Shown piece by piece: positions 1 to 11,209 of a stretch of DNA of 64,000 nucleotides. The translations under genes and the position numbers were made by a program. The stretch spans positions 113,212,001-113,276,000 of the forward strand of contig OX597815.1 of assembly GCA_951406725.2 (NCBI GenBank), read 5' to 3'. This DNA is from Octopus vulgaris. Its lineage: Eukaryota. The notes under the pieces were generated by a model that was not told where the DNA came from, searched no databases, and worked only from the letters and a program-made list of their open reading frames with translations. Numbering within the stretch: position 1 is the first letter of the stretch; every line of letters starts with the position of its first letter.

Positions 1-340
<340 letters not shown>

Positions 341-1014
341 CAATTTTAAAATAGGATAAAATCTTTATATGAATTTATCAAGTAGTTAGCGTGAAAAACG
401 TCGTAAGGGAAGAATTTAAATATATTTGTTTATATTGAGGGCTTCCCTCGCGTTCTGTACAACGTGTTTATTGTGGTAGTTTTGACTTTAAGAGTCCCTC
501 CTAGAATGAGGCATTTATGTATAGTATGTATGTATGTATGTATGTATGTATGTATGTATGTATGTATATGTGTGTGCGTGCGTGAGTGCATGCGCGAGCA
601 GAATCACACACACGACCGATTTGTCTAAAGTTTTTCGTATACCAAATCCACTCAGAAGGTATTCATCGAGATATAGGAGAAGATAATTTCTGAAGATGCT
701 GCGCAGCGAGACTGAATCCAAATCCAAATGTTTGCGAGGCAATTTCATTAACCATGCAACCATGCCTGCGCCGAAACGTATAATAGTTGTGGAATACAGA
801 AGCACTTCGTGTATACCCCTTCTCGCATTTACTTACCTGTGTGTATTCAAATGCCACTGGTGTATACTTTGCCTGCCGTCCATCTGTGATCGATAGAATA
901 ATATGTACTTTACGCTCAGTACAACTCATCGCTGTTAACGTTATACTGTTAAGCTCACCGATTCATTCTGAGTAATATACATTCTTCTTAATTACTTGTA
1001 TTTCTTTTATATAG

Positions 1015-1145
1015 TGCCAACCAACTCGATTTCTGAAGTGTCCGACTCTATGGCACGAATGTCATCCCTGCATGTAGACACTATTCCCATGTGTTCTAGT
1101 TCCAGCAGAATGACTTCAACATCAACACCTCGGAATCCTGCGTGA
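1015..1145 (+). CDS. Possible terminal coding exon of a gene entering from the left
   Basis: Pyrimidine tract and AG (tttcttttatatag|) precede an open frame (V)PTNSISEVSDSMARMSSLHVDTIPMCSSSSRMTSTSTPRNPA-stop, followed by unique AT-rich sequence; no homolog recognised. Confidence 0.25.
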
Positions 1146-2275
1146 TGTGAAGATTTTTAACTCTCTTTGGGGTATAGCTTTGAAAAAGAATGATGAAACC
1201 AAAATGTCTTGACTCCAGAGAAACTATATGAAAACCGTGTAAGTATTCTGTAAAGACCTTACAAACGAATGAGATAAATTGGTGGTTTTCACAGATAAAT
1301 ATCAGGCCCACTCGCTCACAAAATGTTAGTAACATTTTTGGTACCACTTCCTCCCTTTATTCATCAGATTGTACTTCACGTCCCTTTCTTCACCATAGTG
1401 TTTGACAAATTTAAGAAGCTGGAAGCTTTAAACATGGCAGTTTTTCCACCCTCGTTCCTATACTCACAGATAGCCCCAATGGAGTCCCCTCCCTTAGAAA
1501 CACTGAGTTAAAATGCCCTCACTATTAAATGATTAAACGTGACATCCACGAAATATTTTTAAAAAGAGTTATTTCCCTTGCACATGCAAGGGAAGTAACT
1601 GTGTAATTAAAAGTTGTTTTTTTTCTATCCCTGTTACTTTTAACTGATTACTAAGACATTTCAGAGTTGGAAATGAAGAAATGAGATATTACACTTGTCA
1701 CACTATTCCTCTCTGAATCACTGATGTATTTAGAATGTAATCATATCAAACAATGAACCACTTGATTGTGCAAAGACACTCCAAGCATTAAACAAAGCAT
1801 TTTTTTCCGGCGATCTGCTCTGTTATTGTGCGCCTTACAAGAATTACAATATTGATTCTTAAATTCAGTGCAAGGCCACAAACTATAAAGTGGGTTAATT
1901 ATAGTCGATTACATGATTTCAGTACATGATAACTACTCACTTTATCGTCTTTAAATGGGTGAAGTCAACAGTTATGAGATTTGAACATATAACGTAAAGG
2001 GACGTAACCAGTGATAGAATTGAGAGGAGATACACAAGAGAAGCAGTGTTCGACTTTTCAACTCACGGAAGGCACTCGCTTATAGCTTCTTCGTTGTTAT
2101 TTGGCTTGCTAGAAATAACGCCCAAATCTCCCTCATATTATACCCAACTGCCTATAAAAAAGAGAAAACAGTGGAAAATGCTGTCTTAGATACATTGTGT
2201 CTGGGGAAAAACGGTCTGCTTGATCAGGGGTTGAAGTGAGGCCTAATAACAACGAAGTTGCTCACTTGGCAAAAT

Positions 2276-2860
2276 TAGGAAATGCTAGACTTTACAAACA
2301 GGAAAAGAAATTTACGAAAATAAATTGTAGACAGTCCAACTCATTTTGGTTTTTTGCACATGCATTACAGAGCATGTAATAATATCTAATATAATTTGGC
2401 ATAGTTTATGATAGGAAGTTCTTTTAGGGTTAATTACAATTAGGGTTTAAGTCAGAAATATGTTTAGGTGTTAGGAGTAGTATTAGGAGTAGGATTAAAA
2501 GTTAGGATTAGGGTGAAGTTTAGGATTAGGGCCTATGGTTAGGATTTAGGATTTAGATTAGAATTAGGTTCAGGGTTCGGTTTTAAAGTCAATGAACAAA
2601 ATTTAGGTTTAAGTTTAGGATTAGGTTATAGAGTTGGGAGTTAGAGTTAGGATTTAAAGTGAACACTTCAAGGGTTGGGTGTAGAGTTCAGGGTTGGGAA
2701 GTAAGGGTCTGGATGGTCACTACTAGAAAATTGTAGTTGCATTGAAATTTCTTTGTGCATGGCTCAAATTTTTAGTGCATGCACAAAAACAGAATGAACC
2801 ATACTGTCAACAATATATTTTGAAAAATTTGTTTCAAGCAGTAAAGCCCAGAACACCCTA
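2276..2860. mobile_element. MITE-like element with degenerate terminal inverted repeats enclosing a telomere-like (TTAGGG) array
   Basis: Left end (aaatttacgaaaataaattgtagacagt...tgcacatgcatta) matches the reverse complement of the right end (tagtgcatgcacaaaa...actgtcaacaatatattttgaaaaattt); the core at ~2425-2710 is degenerate TTAGGG/TTAGGA. Confidence 0.6.
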
Positions 2861-3619
2861 AAGTTGTCACATAATCATTATATTGATTACATAAAAATAA
2901 TGTAAAACTTTTACAGGAAAAAAAAATATTTGGAATCTTCCGTTCAATATATAGTTAAATTTTAATCAGAGGTAGCTGTAAATTAGCTCCAAATGAAGCT
3001 TGACTAGGGAAAATGTGTAGCTGATTTAGTTGTTGCAAAGCCTAGATATATAGAGTTATGATCAAAAGCATTCCAGTCATGACCATTCCAGTTATCTTTC
3101 TTTTCTTTTTTTTTCTTTTTTTGTAGACTACATGCTTCAATGTGATGGTCATAGGAAGAGAGAAGATAAAAAACCTAAAATCTCTCTAAGCCATACATAG
3201 GCTCCAAGAAGTATTGGATGGCACCTATGACAATAAAGAGTTAGAAACTTATAAAATAAATTACTATGTTCACAGTGTTTTGATTTAAGGCTATACTGTA
3301 CAACAGTATTTATAGATTTTATCAAACAATGTATGTAATAGGCAAATGTAAACACCTGGTCTTTATATACAATATCATAGACAGAAAAAAAAGAATCAAC
3401 CAGACAAAGTTTCTACCTTGTGTTGAGTTAACATCAGTTCTGAATACCCTACTCCACTGTTCACAGATACACAATTTATAAATCCATTATTACCAACAGC
3501 ATAAATAAATTGCATGAATCAATGTTCATCTAAACACATTCTTACCAGTTAGTTCAATTAATGAATTACTGGCATGTTAATAGTTTCTCACTTCAGTGTT
3601 AAACTGTATTACAAAATAT

Positions 3620-4355
3620 ATCTATAGATTTTTATAGGGTAACTGAGAGTGTCTAAGAGATAACCTACTGCAAGCCACAGGCCAGATAAGAGGATAGAAC
3701 ATGATTTCAGCCATGGAAGACAACATAGTGGTGGATTGCTATGGTAGATAACGCCACAAAAGTTAAAAGAGAAGCTTGGAAAGACTGGAAGAGAAGTGGG
3801 AGGGAGAGTAGGAATAATATCAAGTAGACTAAAGAAAAACTTATTCAGGTGTATGATGTGTTCTGAATTGCAAAGCAGTGTATTAGTGTGAATCAAGACA
3901 GTAAAGAAGAATGTGTATGGAATGTTAACAATATTCTTGATTTCACTGATACCAAGAAGCAAGAGGCTTGGACATATTACTACAAGAGGTTGTTGAATGA
4001 GCAGAATACACAGGAGAGGGTCTATTCATATGGGCCTAACTGAGGGACCAGTTGTTTATAGTTATATAGTTGAACGTATGATTAAAGTTATGGAGGCAGG
4101 GAAAGCAGTTGGATTATCAAGGATAGTTGTTGAGATGTTCAAAATATGCAACAAAGTAGGACATTGGCTAGTAATTCACATATTCAATTTGGTAACACAA
4201 GAAGTTGTCATTTCCATAACTGGCATAGAAGTATCATTGACAACAACTACACCAGCAGAGATCCTGCAAAAAGAAGCAACTACAAAGGCAGCAAATTTAT
4301 GGACCACATTTTTACAGGAATAGAGCTATAAAACAACTGATTATTAAGAGAATTA
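3620..4355 (+). mobile_element. RTE-clade LINE fragment (N-terminal reverse transcriptase region, frameshifted)
   Basis: IKVMEAGKAVGLSRIVVEMFK...NWHRSII...RSNYKGSKFMD corresponds to the KAPG.DGI..E and W..S.I...KG....NYRGI.L motifs of RTE reverse transcriptases. Confidence 0.8.
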
Positions 4356-4356
4356 G

Positions 4357-4560
4357 CTTAACCCTCAAGAATTCATATTACTCTGTTAAATATGCTATTT
4401 TATACAAATTGTTTTGAATAATACATTATGTTATAGCTTTGAGGTTTTGACAGTGGGATTGTTTATTTTTAGAATGTCAGTGTAGGTTAGGTGTGAAAGG
4501 CTAGATATGGCCAGTTTGAATGTAAAACAGGTAGAATATTTGGGCTGGATACAGCTGGTT
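4357..4560. mobile_element. piggyBac-type MITE remnant
   Basis: Begins TTAA-CCCT; AT-rich non-coding body; right terminal repeat not clear. Confidence 0.35.
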
Positions 4561-4562
4561 GT

Positions 4563-4660
4563 AGCAGATCAAGTGATTTCAACCAGATCATGTGATTTTG
4601 ACCAGATCATGTAATTTTGACCAGATCATGTGATTGTGACCAGATCATGTGATTTCAACC
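4563..4660. repeat. 19-bp minisatellite, about 5 copies (ACCAGATCATGTGATTTTG)
   Basis: Tandem units directly visible. Confidence 0.9.
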
Positions 4661-4689
4661 TTCCTTGGTCTTGTCAATGATGGACAATG

Positions 4690-5615
4690 AGTTTGTTCTA
4701 ATAGATCATCCAAATTTAAGAGGGGATAAATATTACCTAGGTATCAATATTACTTTTGTCATTAATACATACATATGTGTTGAACTCTCAGCTTACAACA
4801 AGCTTATTGCCTACACCATTGCAGTGCTTATCCTCATGCTTACATGTGGCCTTCTAAACAATTTCTGAACTTACAAGCTACACAGTGTTACTAGAAACTT
4901 CAACACCAATGAAGAGGTAAATAGGCTATATTTCCTATGCAGTGATGGTGGCCATGGTCTTAAATCAGTATTGATATCATGCAAAGCACATGTTGAGACA
5001 CTGAAGCAACAATTTGCAGCAGTGGAAAGAAGTCAGTAACTACCTTACTCCAGTTTGTGAACACAGAAACAATAACATCATTAATATAGCTAATGAACTT
5101 TGAGGCATGAAATAAGAGCTAACAAAGACTTCTCCCCAAGGAGCATTAGTAATGTCTATTTTATAACCATCACCATCATCATCATCATCATCATTTAATA
5201 TCTGTTTTCCATGGAAGGTAGTGCATGGATATTTGACACCAGACTCAAGACACAGAAGGAATAAATTATATCAGAAGCCTGACAGGGAGTACCAACAAAT
5301 TTATGACATCCCACTTTGAAGGCTACCTCCATACAATTCAAGAAAAAGAAATTCTAGATATTATTTTCTCATGAAGAAATTCTAGATATTACTTTCCCAT
5401 GAAGCATGATACAATGGCCACAACAGTTTGGAAAAGAATTAGGAAAGAAAATACCAACAAAGTGTATGGTATTGAGAATGTTGAGTCAAAAGAGTATAGG
5501 TGAAACTTATAAATTAAAATGCCAAAGTTAAAACACAACTGACCAGAGTTTGTGTGGAACCAAAACAAAAAAGAAATGTTCTTAAGACATAAAAGAAGTT
5601 GAACAAAACAAGATG
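4690..5615 (+). mobile_element. R4/Dong-type (restriction-like endonuclease) non-LTR retrotransposon remnant
   Basis: Translated pieces YYLGI, ELSAYNKLIA..IAV, VNRLY...DGGHGLKS, HFEGYLHTIQEKEI and KHDTMA match the R4-type RT C-terminus and the copy at 58.9-59.8 kb. Confidence 0.65.
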
Positions 5616-5618
5616 ATA

Positions 5619-5723
5619 TACTCTCTAGCCTTCATCAGGTGTCTTGAGAAAATTTCGAACCTGGGTTTTCATTCCTAAGAGATTTTTTGATGTTGTTGTT
5701 GTTATTATTATTATTATTATTAT

Positions 5724-5791
<68 letters not shown>

Positions 5792-6038
5792 TTCAGGTCA
5801 CTACCTGAAATCTTGGGGTTAGTAGCCGAGTTGGATTCCAGGCAGTAACCTGAATAATAACAATAACAATAATAATAATAATAATAACAACAACAACAAC
5901 ATCGAAAATAAATGAGAATCCAGGTTTGAAATTTCCCCAAGACACCTAATGAAGGCTGGAGGGTATATCAACCGAAACGTTATGCTAACAACAAAGATGA
6001 GGACAAACATCCATCAAATTTAAATAATGTAAATAATG
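5619..6038. mobile_element. Fold-back element with a tRNA-derived centre, trinucleotide spacers and hammerhead-bearing (Penelope-like) arms
   Basis: 5619-5700 is the reverse complement of ~5890-5970; the centre is an internally deleted form of the tRNA-like palindrome at 9653-9803; the right arm has a mutated core (CTAATGA-AGGCTG...CAACC-GAAACGTT). Confidence 0.75.
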
Positions 6039-6413
6039 CATATGTATATGGTTTCAAATTTTGGCACAAGAACAGCAGGTTTTAAGGGACATCGACCCCA
6101 GTGTACAACTGATACTTATTTTACAAACCTGAAAGAATGAAGGGCAAAGTCAACATTGGTGGAAATTGAAATTGGAATGTAAAGAGGCAGAAGAAATACC
6201 ATACAGTAAGTCTCACATCAATGTTTTATAATACTTAATTCATAAAAATCATTAGTACATTAAATTAATTAGCCTCGTTTTTGATATTTTCGGTGTCGTT
6301 AATCATAATACATTTGTAATAACTATAATAATACTTTTATCGTAACTTTTAATTTTTTTTAGTATTTTAATTTTTCGAAATTGTATACCTACTTTTGGAC
6401 ACCATGTATGAGT

Positions 6414-6558
6414 ATCATCATCATCGTTTAGCATCCGCTTTCCATGCTAGCATGGGTTGGACGGTTCAACTGGGGTCTGGGAAGCCAGAAGGCTGCACCA
6501 GGCCCAATCTGATCTGGCAATGTTTCTACAGCTGGATGCCCTTCTTAACGCCAACCAC
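6414..6558 (-). mobile_element. SINE family A (RTE-type (GAT)n tail), 3' part
   Basis: Near-identical to copies at 9.8, 15.2, 35.4, 37.8 and 43.7 kb. Confidence 0.85.
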
Positions 6559-7429
6559 ACATATATATATAGAGAGAGGGGGGAGAGAGAGAGAGAGAGA
6601 GAGAGACTCACACACACAGCTGCATGCAATGTTTTACCAAAATGGAAAACTATAATTGTCACTAAATATGACTAGGGTGTTAGAACACCTGCATAGCTAG
6701 AAATAAGAGCTAGAAAGCTAATTGAATACATATGTACTGATAGGGACTGTAATCACCTGAAAACACCAGTTGAGCATTCCCTACAGAATATATACACACA
6801 CACAATCTATATGTTACAAGATTACAAGAAAGAAAATGGAAGTATTTTTTGAAGTTATTACAAGGAAAAGAAGTGAATTATATCCAATCAATAGCTGAAA
6901 CTGCATCGCAGACGCTATTCTGCGAGAGCCAGCAACCTTTTGTTCTAAAGTTCTCAAATTCAGAAGTATGTGTGTGTGTGTGTGTGTGTATGTGCGCACA
7001 TGTGAGTGTTTCTATATACAAGTTTATGACAGACTGAATGTAAAGGCAGGAGAAGGAATGCTCATTGTATGCAGAAGAGTTTATTTCTTTATTCATTTGA
7101 ATTGAAGGAGTCATTGGTTGTTATTCAGCGTTTTCCTGAACAAATGTTTACACATGAGAAATTGAAGACAAGGGAAATCAACACCTTCAAAAGCATACAC
7201 AATGATATTAATAAATTAATGATATAAAAATTTTAACAAAAAATAATAAATTCATGCTTTCATGCTTACAGTTTTGGTCTATTAGGCTTTTAAAGAAAAT
7301 ATGTATGAACCAGTAGATTTTTGAATTCAAAATTGTTGTAGGCCCAATGTATCTACTATACCTGATATATATAATCCAGTCCTGATACTCCCTACAATCA
7401 AATCTCCCAAATAACTCCATACCATCATC

Positions 7430-8380
7430 ACCATCAACATTTGTATGTTTATTTTCCTTTGCTTTTGTGGACTGGATGTCTTGCTACAAGTACTGCATCA
7501 TTTGTTCCAATCCCTCATGATCTACTTTCTAAGGTTCAACCTCTCGTGATTTCTTTTCTAAGGTTCAACCTCTTGTGATCAGCTTTCACCACTTTCTCAG
7601 TTTTATCTTGCGTTTTATTCCTTCCATTTTGATCACCTGGCATTTTTTATCCATTTGTTATCCTTCATATGCATCACATGTTTATACCTGCAGAGACTTC
7701 TCTCTTGTTCACTACCTCTGATCTTTTTCACATCACCTAGTTTTTTCCTCAGCCCATTTCAACTCCATCATTCATGCACATAAACATTACCCCTCCTACA
7801 GAGCATGACCATTTCGTTTTTTGCCAGCCTTCACATAGCCGTTGCATTCAGTACCCATGTTTTGCTACCATGCAGCATAGTACTTTATATGTAAGCATCA
7901 TATAATTTAATCAATCCCCTTGTTATAGAGGTATTAGATCTTTGAACTTTGTTCACCCCATTCCTACCTCAGTTAATTAGGTCACCCTGGTAACAGAAGC
8001 TATCAACGAGATCTAAGAAGCCTTCCAAACATTTGAAAGAATGTACTTCATGGGTACTCTGATACATTTGCAACATATGAATTTTCTTTTCTCTCAAACT
8101 GCATGTAATTCCACTCCATCTTTCGTGCACCCATAGTTCACATTTGATACAAAGTACTTAATTACTACTTAATCTTCTTTTTGCATATAGCACATGGCCA
8201 CTTCCCTGATGGTTGTACAGTTCAGATGGTTGTACAGTTCAGATGTCTTTCCTGCTGACTAAGACTTTTGTCTTAGCTAGGTTTTTTTAAGGCCTCTTGA
8301 TGCTAGGCTTTGCTTCCATGTTTGGAATTTCTCCAACAGATTTAGCATGTAAAAACCACATCATCCACAAAAAGAGATGT
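7430..8380 (-). mobile_element. RTE-clade LINE 3' fragment, degraded
   Basis: Minus-strand remnants of GKWPCAICK and an RRL...HVMHM-like C-terminus, ending in a (GAT)-like tail near 7425. Confidence 0.6.
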
Positions 8381-8764
8381 AAATTAATGTAAATTCAACC
8401 ATTTGATAAACATTGACCAATAAAATGAGTACCAAACTATGTATTTGAGTTGAGATGATTACAAAAATCCTTGACAGGAACCAGTAAAAGAATGATTTAA
8501 ATAAACCAGATCTGAAAGTATTAAAGAGGTCTCACAACAGAGGATGTCCAGTTAAGATCTACAAAGTTTAGACTGAGGTGGCCAGTTCTCTTGTGTTTTA
8601 CATCATTCAAATCCCTAATTTTTTTACATAAGTACTTGATATTTCCCTTTTTTTTTATATCTTACATTGGTCTTCAATCAGATCCTTCTACAGACAAAAT
8701 TCAGGATTGCTTCAGCATCAGTTCAATTCCTCTGCAAATGTAAACTAAAATACAGTGGACTTAC

Positions 8765-9018
8765 ATCATCCAAAAATGTTGGCTCCTTACTCTAACAATT
8801 GTTTGGTCCTGCAAGCATACAACTATTTCTTTTTATATCCTTGGGTGATAGACTAATCCACTGCCAACTTTGATACAACCACTTGGCCTTGAATCACTTT
8901 TAGCAAAGTCAACTCTGGAGCAAGAATTCAAACCAAGTCTACCATCTGATGAGCATGAAATTTCTTCATTTGCTTTCCCCAGAAATCTTGGTACTGTTAT
9001 TCCTTCTCTGTTTAACAC
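8765..9018 (-). other. Candidate spliced exon, apparently non-coding
   Basis: Strong U-rich acceptor (ttttttaaatttatttttag|GTG) at 9018 and a GTAAGT donor at 8764 (alternative GTAAGA near 8665) around unique sequence; all three frames contain stops. Confidence 0.3.
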
Positions 9019-9122
9019 CTAAAAATAAATTTAAAAAAATAAAAAACAAATAAGATATACCCTTACTTGTTATTGAGATAGGAAGATTATTTTAATTTTT
9101 CCCTACAACTACTACAAACCTT

Positions 9123-9156
<34 letters not shown>

Positions 9157-9652
9157 TATATATTTGTGAAAAGGCTGGACGTTGTCTCACAAGCAGTTGT
9201 GCAGGCAAAAGTGTTGGTAAATGTGGTCGGATTGACCAGAAAATTTGAATACCTATGTTAAAAGTGCTGGGGAGTTTGCATGACAACTTTGAGTTTGCTC
9301 AACTGAAAGGCCTGGCCTCTAGGGCAAAATTTCTCATCTTTAAAATATGGTCCAAGTAGACCCAAATGAAATCAGGTTATAATACTAGTATATATATATA
9401 TATATATATATATATAATGTTCTGAGTTTGTATCTCACTAAAGATCAAGTTTGACTTCCATCTATACAGTGCTGATAATAAAACAAATACTAATCAATAC
9501 CATCAACTATTTCCCTCTCATGAAATATTTGTTCTCATGCCTATATTACAAATCATTACTACAACTACTACTACTAATACTACTACTAAGAAGATGAATG
9601 GAAGGATCATTAGAAAATCAAACAAAATATTATTATTATCATTATTATTATT

Positions 9653-9803
9653 ATTCAGGTCACTGCCTGGAATTGAACTCGGAATCATGGGGTTAGGAGC
9701 CCGCGCTCTTAACCACTATGCCCATGGGCATATGGCGTAGTGGTTAAGAGTATGGGCTACTAACCCCAAGATTCCAAGTTTGATTCCAGACAGTGACCTG
9801 AAT
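9653..9803. mobile_element. Head-to-head pair of tRNA-derived Pol III heads (A box TGGCGTAGTGG, B box GAGTTC(A/G)ATTCC)
   Basis: 9653-9724 is the reverse complement of 9725-9803 around GCCCATGGGC; the anticodon-arm-like GGG-CT(A/C)CTAA-CCC is retained; not an intact tRNA. Confidence 0.75.
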
Positions 9804-9818
9804 AATAATAATAATAAT

Positions 9819-10095
9819 ATCATCATCATCATCATCATCGTTTAGCGTCCGTTTTCCATGCTGGCATGGGTTGGACGGTTCAACTGGGGTCTGGGAAGCC
9901 AGAAGGCTGCACCAGGTCCAGTCTGATCTGGCAATGTTTCTACGGCTGGATGCCCTTCCTAACGCTAACCACTCCATGAGTGTAGTGGGTGCTTTTTACG
10001 TGCCACTGGCACAAGTGCCAGACGAGGCTGGCAAATGGCCATGATCGGATGGTGCTTTTTACATGCCACCAGCACGGAGGCCAGGTGAGGCTGGC
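9819..10095 (-). mobile_element. SINE family A, nested in the (AAT)n spacer of the tRNA-hammerhead element
   Basis: Same sequence as the other family A copies; the tail reads (CAT)n on the plus strand. Confidence 0.85.
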
Positions 10096-10111
10096 AATAA
10101 TAATAATAATA

Positions 10112-10690
10112 AATGCCCTGATGCAGTACCAGGCAGTGGCTCTCATGGCTTCTGATCTTAACTGATTGGAAGTGTTATCATGTACATTGTTTTGTTTTGG
10201 TATAAAAGATGGGATACACCAAATATTCTGCTCAGTACCACAGATTTGCTTGTCAGTTGTTTGACCTTAACCAATTGAGCATGTCCCTTGGTGGCTGACG
10301 ATATGTGCATCTCTGATCATGAGCAGAAGTAGTGGGGGAGCATCATAGCCATGTGTTGAGAGGGATTCTTTGGGGTTTGAATAATTCACCTCTGGAAACA
10401 TGGGTGTTTTGTTCAACATCCTTAAACAACCCTTATTCAGGGACCTTTTGAGCAGGATGGGTTACTCGACCTGAGGAAAATTCTAATTGGGCCCCAGCTG
10501 CAAGGTCATGTGCTGTTTATCTTGATATGAGATCACCATGTCGCACACATATGGTTGTGATGCATGTGCCTGGTGTACCCTTATCAGACAGGCAGTCATG
10601 ATGGGTATACTGGGCTTCGTATATTTTACCCCAGTGTCACTTTGATGGCATGCACTGCTCTCTCACTCAATAATGATGATGATGATGATG
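10112..10690 (+). repeat. Unclassified interspersed repeat with an (AAT)/(GAT) tail, nested insertion
   Basis: Higher-GC block bounded by trinucleotide tracts that interrupts the tRNA-hammerhead element; single copy in this window. Confidence 0.45.
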
Positions 10691-10743
10691 GTGATATCGA
10701 AAAATACCTTAGGGACGATAGCCCAGGTTCGAAATTTCCCTAA

Positions 10744-10789
10744 GACACCTGATGAAGGATGGAGGGTATATCAGCCGAAACGTTGTGTT
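10744..10789 (+). ncRNA. Minimal type-I hammerhead ribozyme motif (Penelope-like)
   Basis: Stem I GACAC/GTGTT; core CTGATGA(A); stem II GG(A)TG/CAGCC; GAAA; palindromic AACGTT stem III; predicted cleavage after UU. Confidence 0.7.
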
Positions 10790-10848
10790 AACAACAAACA
10801 AGATGAGGACAAATATCCATCAAATGTAAATAATGTAAATAAAGTAGT

Positions 10849-11200
10849 GGGTGTGGCTGTGTGGTAAGTAGCTTGTTTACAAACCACATGGTTCCGGGTT
10901 CAGTCCCACTGCATGGCCCCTTGGGCAAGTGTCTTCTACTATAGCCTTGGGCCGACCAAAGCCTTGTGAGTGGATTTGGTAGACAGAAACTGAAGGAAGC
11001 CCATCATATATATGTATATATATATATATATATGTGTATATGTGTGTGTGTGTATATGTTTGTGTCTGTGTTTGTCTCCCCCCACCCCAACATCGCTTGA
11101 CAACCGATGCTGGTGTGTTTACATCCACATAACTTAGTGGTTCAGCAAAAGAGACCGATAGAATAAGTACTAGGCTTACAAGGAATAAGTCCTGGGGTTG
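10849..11200 (+). mobile_element. tRNA-derived SINE family B
   Basis: A-box-like GTGGCTGTGTGGTAAG and B-box-like GGGTTCAGTCCC, internal (TA/TG)n; related copies at ~13.1, 34.5 and 35.7 kb. Confidence 0.8.
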
Positions 11201-11209
11201 TTGATTGAA

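Noticed and set aside
686-730. Hammerhead-like CTGAAGA-T-GCTG-cg-CAGC-GAGAC
   Set aside because: GAAA is replaced by GAGA, stems I and III are poor and there is no second copy; could be chance
4563-4660. CRISPR-like repeat array
   Set aside because: Units are contiguous with no unique spacers, and the context is eukaryotic; it is a minisatellite
5345-8245. Small tandem duplications (28 bp at 5345, 30 bp at 7527, 17 bp at 8209)
   Set aside because: Ordinary slippage events inside dead LINE fragments
9726-9800. Functional tRNA gene
   Set aside because: The acceptor stem does not pair, the anticodon differs between the two arms, and the sequence is embedded in a repeat; treated as a SINE head
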